Positions 1 to 9,494 of a stretch of DNA of 64,000 bases are shown piece after piece. The DNA comes from a virus: the IMG/VR virus record IMGVR_UViG_3300023440_000003, positions 15,588 to 79,587 of that record. The stretch is one strand, 5' to 3'. The position numbers and the translations under genes are program-made. How positions within the stretch are numbered: the stretch's first letter is position 1; every line of letters begins with the position of its first letter. The notes beneath the pieces are model-generated. The model ran no database searches. It was not told the origin of the DNA and was given only the letters and a program-made list of their open reading frames with translations.

Positions 1-2
1 GG

Positions 3-1559
3 GTATTAAGATGTAAAAAATGTGGATTTGAAGATAAAATTGCCCGGTTTAGAGTGGTAACTATTTCAGCAAGGTATGAAATTGTAGGTATCTGTGAAAA
101 ATGTAAACAGCGTACTGTGTTCGATGTTCAGGATATTATTCAAACTAATAAGACTTATATTTTCAAAATATGGGATCCCAGAGATATAGTGATTGACGTG
201 GATCCTATAGGACATAAAAACAGATACATTTTGAAAGTACCTAAACAGATTATTAATAGAATAAAACGATATTCCGCCACACCTATACCTACTACGTTGA
301 ATATTAATCCTCAAATGGTTTATAAATTTGGGGAAATTAAGGCTTTTCTTGAAACACTCGATCTAAATTTCTTAAAGGCTATTAAACATAAAAAAGGCAT
401 ACTATTCGCCCCAGGAGAAGTATTACATGTAAGGCGTATAGGTAATTTTGCTTTTTGGGAATCTGTGTGGGGCCTTCCTATACATGCTGCTGCTTTGGAG
501 GATTTAATAGCTTATTCTATATTAAAGCGTTACAGGAATTACTTAGCTAGAGAGCGTACTATCCCCTTAAGGTTCGTATATCCTCAGATATCTGGAGAAA
601 TTATTAAGCTTTTAGATTTAAAAACACACGCATCTAATGTTATCAAGGCTTTTGAGCAATGGGCAAGAAATAAATCGACTATTCATTATATTCCTATACC
701 GGTGGGGATGCTTAACCTGGGTGCAGAAGGTGCTATGATTAATCTGGAGCCTATGATTCAGTCATTAGAACAAAAAATTATAATGAGCTGTAATGTTCCT
801 CAAGAGTTTGTTTATGGAGGCATTTCTAGCTGGACTGGTAGCAGTATAGCATTGCGAATGTTAGAGAATCATTTAAGATTTTTGCTTAATATAGATGCTC
901 GAATACTTAACTACATAAAAGATAAAATAGCTTTAATAGAAGGAGTTTATGAAGAGTTAAAGGATATAAAGCTACGTCTTGCTTCACCAAGAACAGTTGA
1001 TGATATAGCCAAGCAGCGTATTATGCTTGAACTTAACCAGCGGAATTTATTATCTGACAGCACTCTTCTTAAAGAGCTCGGTGTGGATCCTGATAAAGAA
1101 CATGAAAATACGATTTCTGATTTTCGTAAACGAGCAGAACGCCAGGTTGAGTTTATGAAGGCAGAACTTGAAGTTAAGAAAGAAGCTGCAAAATATCAAG
1201 TAGAATCTCAGATAGAACTTCAGACTTTACAAAAACAATTATTAGCTGCTCATGGGATAGAATTTGAAAAATTTACTCAGCTTCCTCAGGAAGCACAGGC
1301 TCTGGTTTATCGTCTTCTTTCTATGAAACCTTCTGAAAGAATGTTTGCACTAAGTATGTTACAACAACAGTTTCCTGTCTTGTATAATCACATACTTCCA
1401 ATACTAGACCAATTAATTCAACAGCAACAACAACAATCTGAACAGCCACAGGAGCAACCTGAAACTCAACAGGGAGGTACTGAACAATCTGGCAAAACAC
1501 CTGCAGAGGCTCCACTTCCTGAACAACGTCCTCCACGAAGAGAAGAAAAGCCAGTGTAA
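3..1559 (+). CDS. Portal protein (5'-truncated), with CxxC..CxxC insertion and Q-rich tail
   Basis: Frame is open from position 3 (VLRCKKCGF...). Portal-like segments: VLHVRR..WGLP, KIIMSCNVPQEFVYGG, LSDSTLLKELGVDPDKE. Phage structural context. Confidence 0.7.
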   Translation, partial: VLRCKKCGFEDKIARFRVVTISARYEIVGICEKCKQRTVFDVQDIIQTNKTYIFKIWDPRDIVIDVDPIGHKNRYILKVPKQIINRIKRYSATPIPTTLNINPQMVYKFGEIKAFLETLDLNFLKAIKHKKGILFAPGEVLHVRRIGNFAFWESVWGLPIHAAALEDLIAYSILKRYRNYLARERTIPLRFVYPQISGEIIKLLDLKTHASNVIKAFEQWARNKSTIHYIPIPVGMLNLGAEGAMINLEPMIQSLEQKIIMSCNVPQEFVYGGISSWTGSSIALRMLENHLRFLLNIDARILNYIKDKIALIEGVYEELKDIKLRLASPRTVDDIAKQRIMLELNQRNLLSDSTLLKELGVDPDKEHENTISDFRKRAERQVEFMKAELEVKKEAAKYQVESQIELQTLQKQLLAAHGIEFEKFTQLPQEAQALVYRLLSMKPSERMFALSMLQQQFPVLYNHILPILDQLIQQQQQQSEQPQEQPETQQGGTEQSGKTPAEAPLPEQRPPRREEKPV

Positions 1560-1582
1560 GACTTTCATGAAGGAGGTGAATA

Positions 1583-1939
1583 ATGGCTAAATTAGTAGAT
1601 TTACCATCTAAACCAAAAAAGAAAAAATCGGTAGATAACATTATTGAAGATTTTATTTCTGGCATCAAATCAGAATCTATATCTGATATAGATAGAATAC
1701 TTGCTCCATGGCAGCAAGCAGTTAAGAAAATTGATGATTCTGTTTTTCATATAGAAAAATTCTGCATAGATAATCCTGATGATAAAATAGAATTTGAGAT
1801 GTTAATGAACCGTATAAAGAAGGAGCCTGATAAGTTTTTAGATCTTACTATTAAAGATTATTTCAGCAAAGATGGCCTTTATTTTGTAGTGGTTCAATAC
1901 TATGAAGTAAAGGAGGGTAACGATGCCGACAGTGAATAA
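1583..1939 (+). CDS. Hypothetical protein
   Basis: 118-aa ORF with strong AGGAGGTG Shine-Dalgarno (SD). Confidence 0.75.
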   Translation: MAKLVDLPSKPKKKKSVDNIIEDFISGIKSESISDIDRILAPWQQAVKKIDDSVFHIEKFCIDNPDDKIEFEMLMNRIKKEPDKFLDLTIKDYFSKDGLYFVVVQYYEVKEGNDADSE

Positions 1940-2294
1940 TGATGTAATTTTTACCAGTCAACCAGTTAAATCCACAGTAGTTCAAAATATAGCAGTTGGT
2001 GGTGGTGAAGATCTTATAGTAAATTTTGGTCTGCGTCAGGATAATCTGTTGAATTTAACCAAGATACAGCGGATTATGATAAGCAAGCCAGGAACCGGTA
2101 CTGCCAGTTTGCAGATTACTTTGAGTGATAATTATGAAAACTATGTGATAGTGAATACTACTTTTTCTGACTATTTTGTCTTCACCCCTGATCCTGCTCT
2201 TCCATGGTTTAAGGATGAAACTTTAATAATAACAGTTGGCACACCAGATGCTGGTGATTATGTCATAAGCGTAGTTCATGGAGCCATTATATAA
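1923..2294 (+). CDS. Putative beta-rich virion protein
   Basis: Coupled ORF with SD; composition rich in V/T/I. Confidence 0.55.
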   Translation: MPTVNNDVIFTSQPVKSTVVQNIAVGGGEDLIVNFGLRQDNLLNLTKIQRIMISKPGTGTASLQITLSDNYENYVIVNTTFSDYFVFTPDPALPWFKDETLIITVGTPDAGDYVISVVHGAII

Positions 2295-2905
2295 TGGCAG
2301 GAGCTAGGCCATATAGTTCTAAGTCTATATCTAGAGATACCACAGAAACATCTACGATAAATTCAGCTACCCCTTTAACTAAAGAACCTCCTTTGGTTGT
2401 TATTGGACCTAGAAAAGGCAGGGATAGGGTTTTATTGACTGAGTCTTTGAAAAATCAGGATGATATCTTAAATGCTCCTGCATTTTTTTACATTAAAGCT
2501 AACACAAGTGTGATTTATTATCATAAGATTATTATTCAAAGTGTAGATTCTTCAATAAATGAAGGAGTTTCACCCATTCCAACAAACAAGGGGCCTATTT
2601 ATCTTGTAGGTAAGAAACCTCCTACAACAGTAAGAATTTCTGGAACGTACCTGATGGGGAAGAATGTAGAAACTGGAGAAATAATAACGCCTAAAGATTT
2701 CGTAAAAGAATATTACAATTACTTGTCTGCCGAAACGTCTACTAAAAATAACTATGATGTATATCTTTCTTATTTTGGTGATTTAATTAAAGTTTTAGTT
2801 TTGGGAGCTTCTTTTGGAAACACTTATGCTCCTGTACTTTCTGTGGCATTTAACTTAGCACTCCTTGATGAAAGTGATGTATTTAAGAATTTAGTTACCA
2901 GTTAA
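2294..2905 (+). CDS. Putative baseplate/tail-tube-initiator-like protein
   Basis: YLVGKKPPTTVRISG segment resembles tube-fold baseplate proteins; lies next to the tape measure gene. Confidence 0.35.
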   Translation: MAGARPYSSKSISRDTTETSTINSATPLTKEPPLVVIGPRKGRDRVLLTESLKNQDDILNAPAFFYIKANTSVIYYHKIIIQSVDSSINEGVSPIPTNKGPIYLVGKKPPTTVRISGTYLMGKNVETGEIITPKDFVKEYYNYLSAETSTKNNYDVYLSYFGDLIKVLVLGASFGNTYAPVLSVAFNLALLDESDVFKNLVTS

Positions 2906-5759
2906 GGCTTGTTTTGGTATTCATAGCTATTTCAAGAAGTTGTTTGATTTCTTTTATACTATTATCTATCTGAGCAAGCCATTCTTTTTCACTTTTCTTT
3001 TCAACTTCTGCTTTTTTAAGTTCAGCTATCATTTCTTCAGGCTCTTTTAATGGTGTTACTTCGTATTTTTCATATTTAGCTACGATTCTTTTGATGTGTT
3101 GTGCTGTTTGTTCATCCAGTCTGTAAGTTTTGACTAATCTATCTACTTCTTTTATTGATTGATCTTTAGGTAGTGCAGTAATATTAATTAATTCTCGTGT
3201 GAGAGCATGACGTAGTTCTGGAGCCATAGTTTCAGGTAATGCAGCTTCGAGTTCTCTTCCAAATCGTTCCATACGTTTTGCAGCTACTTCTATAGTTTGT
3301 TCAGTGAGTCCTTGTTTTAACTCAGCCGCTGTGAGAAGCAATCCTGATTGTTGAATTTTGTTTGCTATATCAGCAGGCAATTTGCCTTGAGAAAGGAGAT
3401 TTTCCATTTCCTGTCTTCTCTGATTTAATAATTCAAATATTGGACTTGAACTGCCGTAGGTCATATATGCCATGATTCTTGCACCTGTAGGATCTAGGCC
3501 ATTAAATATCTGAAATAATTTAACTGCTCCTTGAAATCTTGCTTTTGGATCAGAAATATTCACACCAAGAGCTTTTAGCATCAAGTTTGTATGAGTTTTC
3601 AGAGCGGAGAAAAATCTATAGCTTTGCATTAATGTCTTTTTTGGTGCTGTTTTTATTTTGAATAACATATCCAACATACCACCTTCATTAAAGATTTGTC
3701 CCGCGGCACCAAATAGATCAAACACGTTAGTAAATCCTCCTGCTGGAGTTTTTCCTACTTCTGCAGCCAACGCCGCCACAAAAGCTAAAGGTGATTGCAT
3801 TACTATTTGTGCACCTGTTCTGAAAGCTGTCATGGCTGCCTGAACAGGTCCTCCCATATTGACAAAAACATCTCTATACAGCCGTTCTCCTCTATAAGCT
3901 GCACCAAGAACTCTACCTAATATAGCATTATTCATTTGTATTAACGGACTTGCTTCTTGAGCAGTGACTACTTGAGGATAATAACCTATATTTCTACCCA
4001 TGGATAAGATCATTTGTACTAACGGCATAGCTCTTTCCGGTCCTACACCAAACGGAGCGAAACGTTGCAATCCTGGTCTAATTATGTTAAACCACGCAGT
4101 GGGTTGTATTCCTAATCTTGTGCCTACAAGTATGGCTTCTCTGGTAACTACTTCTGGAGGTAAATTATATCTTACTGCAACTTCTCCCATACTAAGTGCT
4201 AATTGTCTCATCACCGCTGAAGCTGATTCGGGTCCGTACCATGGTAAGATTTCCCCAGTTCGGATAAGTGCTTCCATAAGTTCTGGAGATCTTTCTATTA
4301 AAACGTTTTCTAGTGCATGTGTTACTTTATTTATACGTTCAACGTATTTTTGTACCAATTCTCTGGATCTTAATCTGTAATACAGGCGGTTATATACTTG
4401 TCTACCAAAATCTATTTGTCTCTGAGCCTCTTCTGCACCCATTAATGGTGTCCAGATAGTTTCTAAGAACGGAGCTGCCAGATACTCATACCATCCTCTT
4501 AACATTCCTGTAGCAAATAGTCCTGCTCTTGTAGCAAGTCTTTCATACCATGCATATTCTCTAAATAATGGTTGATACATTCGTATGCCCTGTGGAGTAG
4601 TCCTAATTGTGAGTCCTTGCATAATTCCTGGAACCATCGCTGCGGGCACTTCTCTTAGCAAGTTTCGTTGCACTGTTCTTCTTACACGTGCTTCCATATT
4701 CACACGTCTAAGTACATCAGTTATTAATTGACTGCTTCCATAGAATTGGGAAGATTTCACGTATCCAATAAAGTTTTGATATATTTCTGCGACACTTTGT
4801 ACATCCATACCAAAAGGCACTATGCCTTGAGGATTCCATAACCAAGAAGCAGCCTGGGCCCATCTTTGCAGTATATCTGGATTTCTGTATAACTCCTCAA
4901 TAGCTTCTATTCTTCCCATCATTTCTCTGGAACTTATTCCATATCTTCTTGCAAGTTCACTCACACGTCTCACATAAGTTGGCATCCATGATCGTACGAA
5001 AAAGCCCCATTCTTCTGGAGTAGCAAATATTGTTCTTGCAACTGGTCCTGCGAGTATTGCCCCTATACCAATTCCTCCAGCGATAGCGCCTGCAACTGGC
5101 AGTACAGTCCCTGCAGCCGGGACTAAAGCACCTAATTTAGACAGTTTGCTCCATAATAACATTCCACCAATAATTCCCATCAATCCTTCTTGTTGAAAAC
5201 CCAGTAATCTTAAGAACATATTGCCTGGAACAATTGTGGGAATTTGTGTCCATCCCATTAATGCAGATCCTATACCGAACAGCATTCCAGAAGTATTTAC
5301 CCATGGAAATACATTTATTGCAGCCCATCCTATTCTTTCTCTCCAGGAAAGCTGGCCAAATGGGATTGTTAATTGTTCACGTATTCTTTCTCTGGCTTCA
5401 TACACAACTCTTTGTGCTTCCGAAAATTGTGTTAAAGTACCTAAATAACTGAATGGACTTATTCCCATAGTATACATAAATTTAGCGGCAGGCGATGCCT
5501 GAAAAGGCAACATAACCCTGGCAGCGTAATCCATTGCAGAAGGACCAAACTGTACTCCGAACCCACCAAGTGTGGCCGCACTTAAACCAGGGGCCATTCC
5601 ATATCCTGGCATTAGAGGCATTCCTGTCATCATAGCAGCAGTCACAGGGCCAACAGTAGTTTGCATTTGTTGAATAGTCTGACGGCGGAGTTTCATTAAC
5701 TCGGTTTGTACGTTTGAAGTATCAAGTTCTACTGCTATGCGATAAGTATCTTCTGGCAT
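2895..5759 (-). CDS. Putative tape measure protein
   Basis: 954 aa, helical, A/G/M/R-rich with hydrophobic Gly-rich segments; N-terminus YRIAVELDTSNVQTELMKL is typical of tape measure proteins. Confidence 0.6.
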   Translation of the reverse strand: MPEDTYRIAVELDTSNVQTELMKLRRQTIQQMQTTVGPVTAAMMTGMPLMPGYGMAPGLSAATLGGFGVQFGPSAMDYAARVMLPFQASPAAKFMYTMGISPFSYLGTLTQFSEAQRVVYEARERIREQLTIPFGQLSWRERIGWAAINVFPWVNTSGMLFGIGSALMGWTQIPTIVPGNMFLRLLGFQQEGLMGIIGGMLLWSKLSKLGALVPAAGTVLPVAGAIAGGIGIGAILAGPVARTIFATPEEWGFFVRSWMPTYVRRVSELARRYGISSREMMGRIEAIEELYRNPDILQRWAQAASWLWNPQGIVPFGMDVQSVAEIYQNFIGYVKSSQFYGSSQLITDVLRRVNMEARVRRTVQRNLLREVPAAMVPGIMQGLTIRTTPQGIRMYQPLFREYAWYERLATRAGLFATGMLRGWYEYLAAPFLETIWTPLMGAEEAQRQIDFGRQVYNRLYYRLRSRELVQKYVERINKVTHALENVLIERSPELMEALIRTGEILPWYGPESASAVMRQLALSMGEVAVRYNLPPEVVTREAILVGTRLGIQPTAWFNIIRPGLQRFAPFGVGPERAMPLVQMILSMGRNIGYYPQVVTAQEASPLIQMNNAILGRVLGAAYRGERLYRDVFVNMGGPVQAAMTAFRTGAQIVMQSPLAFVAALAAEVGKTPAGGFTNVFDLFGAAGQIFNEGGMLDMLFKIKTAPKKTLMQSYRFFSALKTHTNLMLKALGVNISDPKARFQGAVKLFQIFNGLDPTGARIMAYMTYGSSSPIFELLNQRRQEMENLLSQGKLPADIANKIQQSGLLLTAAELKQGLTEQTIEVAAKRMERFGRELEAALPETMAPELRHALTRELINITALPKDQSIKEVDRLVKTYRLDEQTAQHIKRIVAKYEKYEVTPLKEPEEMIAELKKAEVEKKSEKEWLAQIDNSIKEIKQLLEIAMNTKTSLNW

Positions 5760-8700
5760 TTATGGCCTCTTAGGTTCAAAAGGTTTAATATTGGATATTA
5801 TATTTTCCATACTGGCTTGTTCTGGTTTAAATTCATCTATGTTTGTTACTGGCACACTTAAGAGACCTGTTTCTAGATTCATCGAAAATAATCCTCTGTA
5901 GCTTCCACCATATTTCATTGGTGATATATCTAATCGAATTTGTCCTTTGCCTGGCTTTTTTGTAATAGTGTATTTATCTGGTGCGCCACTTGCCGTTATA
6001 AATTGTTGTAATTTTCTCTTTATCATATCTCTAGCTTCGTCGATAGTTCGTTTTTTCTTTAAATAGCCTATGACATAAAAACCTCTTCCTCCTGAGAATC
6101 TAACTTCCACTTGTTTAATGTCTGGATCTTTTTTCATGAAATCTCTTACCTTTTTTGTTACTTCTTTGATTTGATCAAAATCTACATCAGGCCCTGGATC
6201 GATATCTACAACTAATCTATCAGTTATAGCACCAAATGATGGATGAAATTCTACAGTTCTTCTTTCAATCCAGTATTGAAAGTCTTCTGGATTGTCTACA
6301 TCTCCTTTATGTTGTTTTATTTTTATTTTTTCTTCATCTATATTACGTCTTAGTACTATCCTGGAAGGATCAAATGCTTGCATTACAATTACCTGAGGGA
6401 ATTGTTTCAATTCATTAAGAAGATTTTTTCTGATTTTTGGTTGCATATAGAGTAAGAATATATCTCTTTTGGTAAAACTACCGAATGGTGCGTCTACTAT
6501 GATATTATCCCATCTTTCTGGATCGGGAGTTTTTGATGCTACTTTTTCTATAAATTCTTTGCCCTTTTCAGGATGCCATCCTATAAAAACTGGCTGTCTA
6601 AGTGCTCCATCGGGGTATTGTCCGGCTGCTCTGATTTTTGCCACTCGACCTATATATTTTTCTGGATGTTCTGCCATATCTTTTCTTTGTTCCATTGTAA
6701 ATCCTGCACCTACTCTTCCTACCACGGGCCCGTTAGGTTCGAAAGAGTATTCTATACCTCCAGCATATTTGCCTCTCCAGTTTGGAGAAGAGGATTCAAA
6801 GATACCTACTACATAAACATCATATTCAGGTTTGAATTTTGCTTTTACAGGTTTTTCTACATCTTCGAGATTTTGTATTACTATACCTTCTTTAGATTCA
6901 GGTATGGATCCGGTACGTATTGCATCAAAAAGCATTTGCTTTTCTTCTTTGGTAAACGCTGCTTGTGGAGGTTCTGCATAAGGAAAGTGTTGAACGAATT
7001 CATTAATCAGCCTTAGTTTTTCTTTGTAAGGTAATTCTTTTTCTACATATTGGTCTTTAAATTTTACAACATCAAATACCGTAAGGCGGGGCTGGACTTT
7101 TTTGCTTTCAATAAGTTTTCTACTTATTGGAGTCTCGCTATGGGTAACACTTACTATTTCATTAATTGGTTTAGCCTGTCCTTTTTCATCTGTAAGAAAA
7201 AGTTCGGCTCTGAATATACTTCCTTTGAATGATGAAGGCACTTTGAATTTTCCATAAGGAGGAACTTTATATGTATGTTCTATTAATCCCGTACTTGTGC
7301 TTACAGCCCATCTTGGTGAAAAGAGCTTGACTTTACCATCTGGTTTTACATAAAGAAGAACTTGTACACCATCATCTTTTCTGGTAAATATGTATCTATC
7401 ATCATTTAGGAATCTTTTAATTGCTTCTTCTGGAGTTATTTCTTTGTATTTTTCTTTACCTTCCGGAAGGTCCAGTAGTTTATCTCTGGTATCGGTAACA
7501 TTTATCATGTACCAGTTATCACCTTGACCTTTAGTTAACAGGTATTCTTGAGTTTCATTTGCTCGATATATGTTGAATCTTATATGAGAATCATCTGCAC
7601 TTAAGATGTCAGCTTTACCTCTGAACTCTATGGTTACTGTTCCTGCACCATAGTATCCATCAGGAATGCGTCCTGAAAAATTCATATAGTCCATTGTGTG
7701 ATCTGGTTGTCTTATGAATAATCGACGTTCTCCTGGCATAGGCCAGTATCTTCCCGCCCAACTGTAAGCTATTTTTGTTTTAGGATCTCCAAGTCTGAAA
7801 TCGAGGTGGCTATTCGATACAAGCAAACTGCCTGCAAAGTAATTATGATTATCTTCTACTTCAATATCATATCGTTCTAGTGGTTTTGACGGATTTACTT
7901 TTATATACTTTATCTCTCTGATAGGTACAGGCAATAAGGTCATTTCATTATGCGTTGCAGCTGTCCAGTTGTAATATCCTATTTCATCTAAAGGACATTT
8001 ATATTCCATGCCTTTAGCGATGTAAGGAGCTACTAATTTTAGGAATCTTTCTATACTTTTTTTCCTGTTTATGGAAATATAGTAGTAGGTTTTGCCGTTA
8101 GGATAAGTTCTATTTCTTAGAGTAGCGTGGATTTCGTATTTTTCTCGTAGCCATGTAATAATAAGTTGTACATCTTCTTTAGGAAAGCCGAGAGTGTGTA
8201 AGAGTATTTGCTGATGCGGACTAATTCTTTTTCCTCGGTCTGATCTAGGTCTACGTTTGTATCGAGCTGAATGTTTAATAACATAGTCGCCTCCCGGAAC
8301 ATATTGACCATCATCCATATACCATACTGCTAATGCTCTTTCGTCTATCATATCTAATATTTCCTTAGTGATACGTTTCTTGCCGTCTTTGTATAAGATA
8401 TTTCTGAGTAGATAAAACCATGGATGTTTTATTCTGAAATAGTAATAGTCTTGTCTTTTGCCTTTACCTTGTCTAATTTCGACGTCCATTTTAAACGTTG
8501 GAGAGAGAAGTTTGTAACCAAAATCGAAATACTCTTTGTTGACTTGTCCCCAATTGAATGTCCAAGGAGTAGTCTGCGGAATAGACCCATCACCTAATAG
8601 CGCACCTAAGATAAATTGTTTTTGATCTTCTGTTAAATTTTGCACAGGCATCAACATATAATCCCCTTTACGAACATCTTTAGCCAGTTTTGGGATAATT

Positions 8701-9191
8701 TTTCCATCCACATATACATACACTTTATGGTTTCCTGTCAGTGTTATTGACCCACGTCTCGAGTGGAATCTAAGTCTTATCCATTCAGTGGATGTTCCAT
8801 TTTTATACCAGTTAACCACCCTTTTCCATTCCAGTTTACCTGTTCTAAAATTGTAGCTTAGGACTTTTATAGGTAGACGTTTGTTGACTATTTCTTGAAT
8901 TCTTATTCTTCCCTTGTCAGTGATAATTCGTGTGCCTCCCGTCAAACATCCAGCACGTTTAGCATTATGCTTTTGAATGACGCATTCCCATTCTACTGGC
9001 GGATCATCAGGTCCAAGTTTTATAGTCGGAATTGGGGATTTTTGTTCAAAATTTATAATTCCAGTTATAGCAGTATCATTGTATCTGGATTGTGCTCTCT
9101 GTATTAATTTATCCGCTTCTTGCAATAATGGGTCTTCAAGTACAGCCAGATTGTTTAGATTTTCCGCTATTTTAGTTAATTTTTTCCACAT
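5760..9191 (-). CDS. ligD: LigD-like NHEJ enzyme (phosphoesterase, ATP-dependent ligase/OB, primase-polymerase), intein-containing
   Basis: Phosphoesterase: VIQKHNAKRAG/SHLDFRL, DHTMDY, GYYGAG. Ligase: RKDDG, VFDVV, EGIVI, KAKFK. OB: GRVGAGF, LRQPVF. Polymerase: VEFHP, DRLVVDIDP, SGGRG, IRLD. Confidence 0.9.
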   Translation of the reverse strand: MWKKLTKIAENLNNLAVLEDPLLQEADKLIQRAQSRYNDTAITGIINFEQKSPIPTIKLGPDDPPVEWECVIQKHNAKRAGCLTGGTRIITDKGRIRIQEIVNKRLPIKVLSYNFRTGKLEWKRVVNWYKNGTSTEWIRLRFHSRRGSITLTGNHKVYVYVDGKIIPKLAKDVRKGDYMLMPVQNLTEDQKQFILGALLGDGSIPQTTPWTFNWGQVNKEYFDFGYKLLSPTFKMDVEIRQGKGKRQDYYYFRIKHPWFYLLRNILYKDGKKRITKEILDMIDERALAVWYMDDGQYVPGGDYVIKHSARYKRRPRSDRGKRISPHQQILLHTLGFPKEDVQLIITWLREKYEIHATLRNRTYPNGKTYYYISINRKKSIERFLKLVAPYIAKGMEYKCPLDEIGYYNWTAATHNEMTLLPVPIREIKYIKVNPSKPLERYDIEVEDNHNYFAGSLLVSNSHLDFRLGDPKTKIAYSWAGRYWPMPGERRLFIRQPDHTMDYMNFSGRIPDGYYGAGTVTIEFRGKADILSADDSHIRFNIYRANETQEYLLTKGQGDNWYMINVTDTRDKLLDLPEGKEKYKEITPEEAIKRFLNDDRYIFTRKDDGVQVLLYVKPDGKVKLFSPRWAVSTSTGLIEHTYKVPPYGKFKVPSSFKGSIFRAELFLTDEKGQAKPINEIVSVTHSETPISRKLIESKKVQPRLTVFDVVKFKDQYVEKELPYKEKLRLINEFVQHFPYAEPPQAAFTKEEKQMLFDAIRTGSIPESKEGIVIQNLEDVEKPVKAKFKPEYDVYVVGIFESSSPNWRGKYAGGIEYSFEPNGPVVGRVGAGFTMEQRKDMAEHPEKYIGRVAKIRAAGQYPDGALRQPVFIGWHPEKGKEFIEKVASKTPDPERWDNIIVDAPFGSFTKRDIFLLYMQPKIRKNLLNELKQFPQVIVMQAFDPSRIVLRRNIDEEKIKIKQHKGDVDNPEDFQYWIERRTVEFHPSFGAITDRLVVDIDPGPDVDFDQIKEVTKKVRDFMKKDPDIKQVEVRFSGGRGFYVIGYLKKKRTIDEARDMIKRKLQQFITASGAPDKYTITKKPGKGQIRLDISPMKYGGSYRGLFSMNLETGLLSVPVTNIDEFKPEQASMENIISNIKPFEPKRP
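7812..8948 (-). mobile_element. Intein (379 aa) with LAGLIDADG homing endonuclease in the LigD phosphoesterase domain
   Basis: Starts CLTGGTRI; block B LTGNHKV; ILGALLGDG and LAVWYMDDG; ends YDIEVEDNHNYFAGSLLVSN followed by Ser+1. Confidence 0.92.
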
Positions 9192-9206
9192 TTTGTGCTC
9201 TTTTTG

Positions 9207-9215
9207 ATTTTATCA
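9207..9215 (-). promoter_or_regulatory. Extended -10 promoter (TGATAAAAT) for the ligD-tape measure unit
   Basis: TGnTAnnnT 15 nt upstream of the ATG. Confidence 0.55.
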
Positions 9216-9248
9216 TAGTGACTTCTGTTGAAGAAACCCTTATTTAGC

Positions 9249-9257
9249 GGGTATAAG
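9249..9257 (+). promoter_or_regulatory. Class-B promoter-like motif GGGTATAAG
   Basis: Same nGnTATAAG motif as at 21613, 31290, 60422 and 62516; upstream of the helicase operon. Confidence 0.5.
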
Positions 9258-9287
9258 TAGAGAAAATTACGACGAGGAGGTGGAGGC

Positions 9288-9494
9288 ATGAATGATCAAT
9301 TTATAAGGCTCAAGCGCGAGGATTTAGAAAACTTAGATTCCGTTAAAGATTTACTGACAGAGGTTATTTTGGCAGATAATACAGTAATTTACATGGTGAA
9401 AGATAACAAGCTAAATGATGTTGTTGAGTTTATAGACGAGTTTATGGATAGCTTCGACTACTTTCATGAATTTTATAGGAGGCTTATAAGATGA
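9288..9494 (+). CDS. Hypothetical protein
   Basis: Strong SD; overlaps the start of the helicase gene. Confidence 0.7.
   Translation: MNDQFIRLKREDLENLDSVKDLLTEVILADNTVIYMVKDNKLNDVVEFIDEFMDSFDYFHEFYRRLIR

Noticed and set aside
1415-1480. CAA/CAG-rich repeat
   Set aside because: It encodes the poly-Gln low-complexity tail of the portal-like protein and is not an independent repeat element.
3658-9207. Opposite-strand and alternate-frame ORFs within the tape measure and ligD genes (similarly within RNAP, 40845..42812 and the capsid genes)
   Set aside because: Shadow ORFs of well-supported genes, without SD or recognisable motifs.
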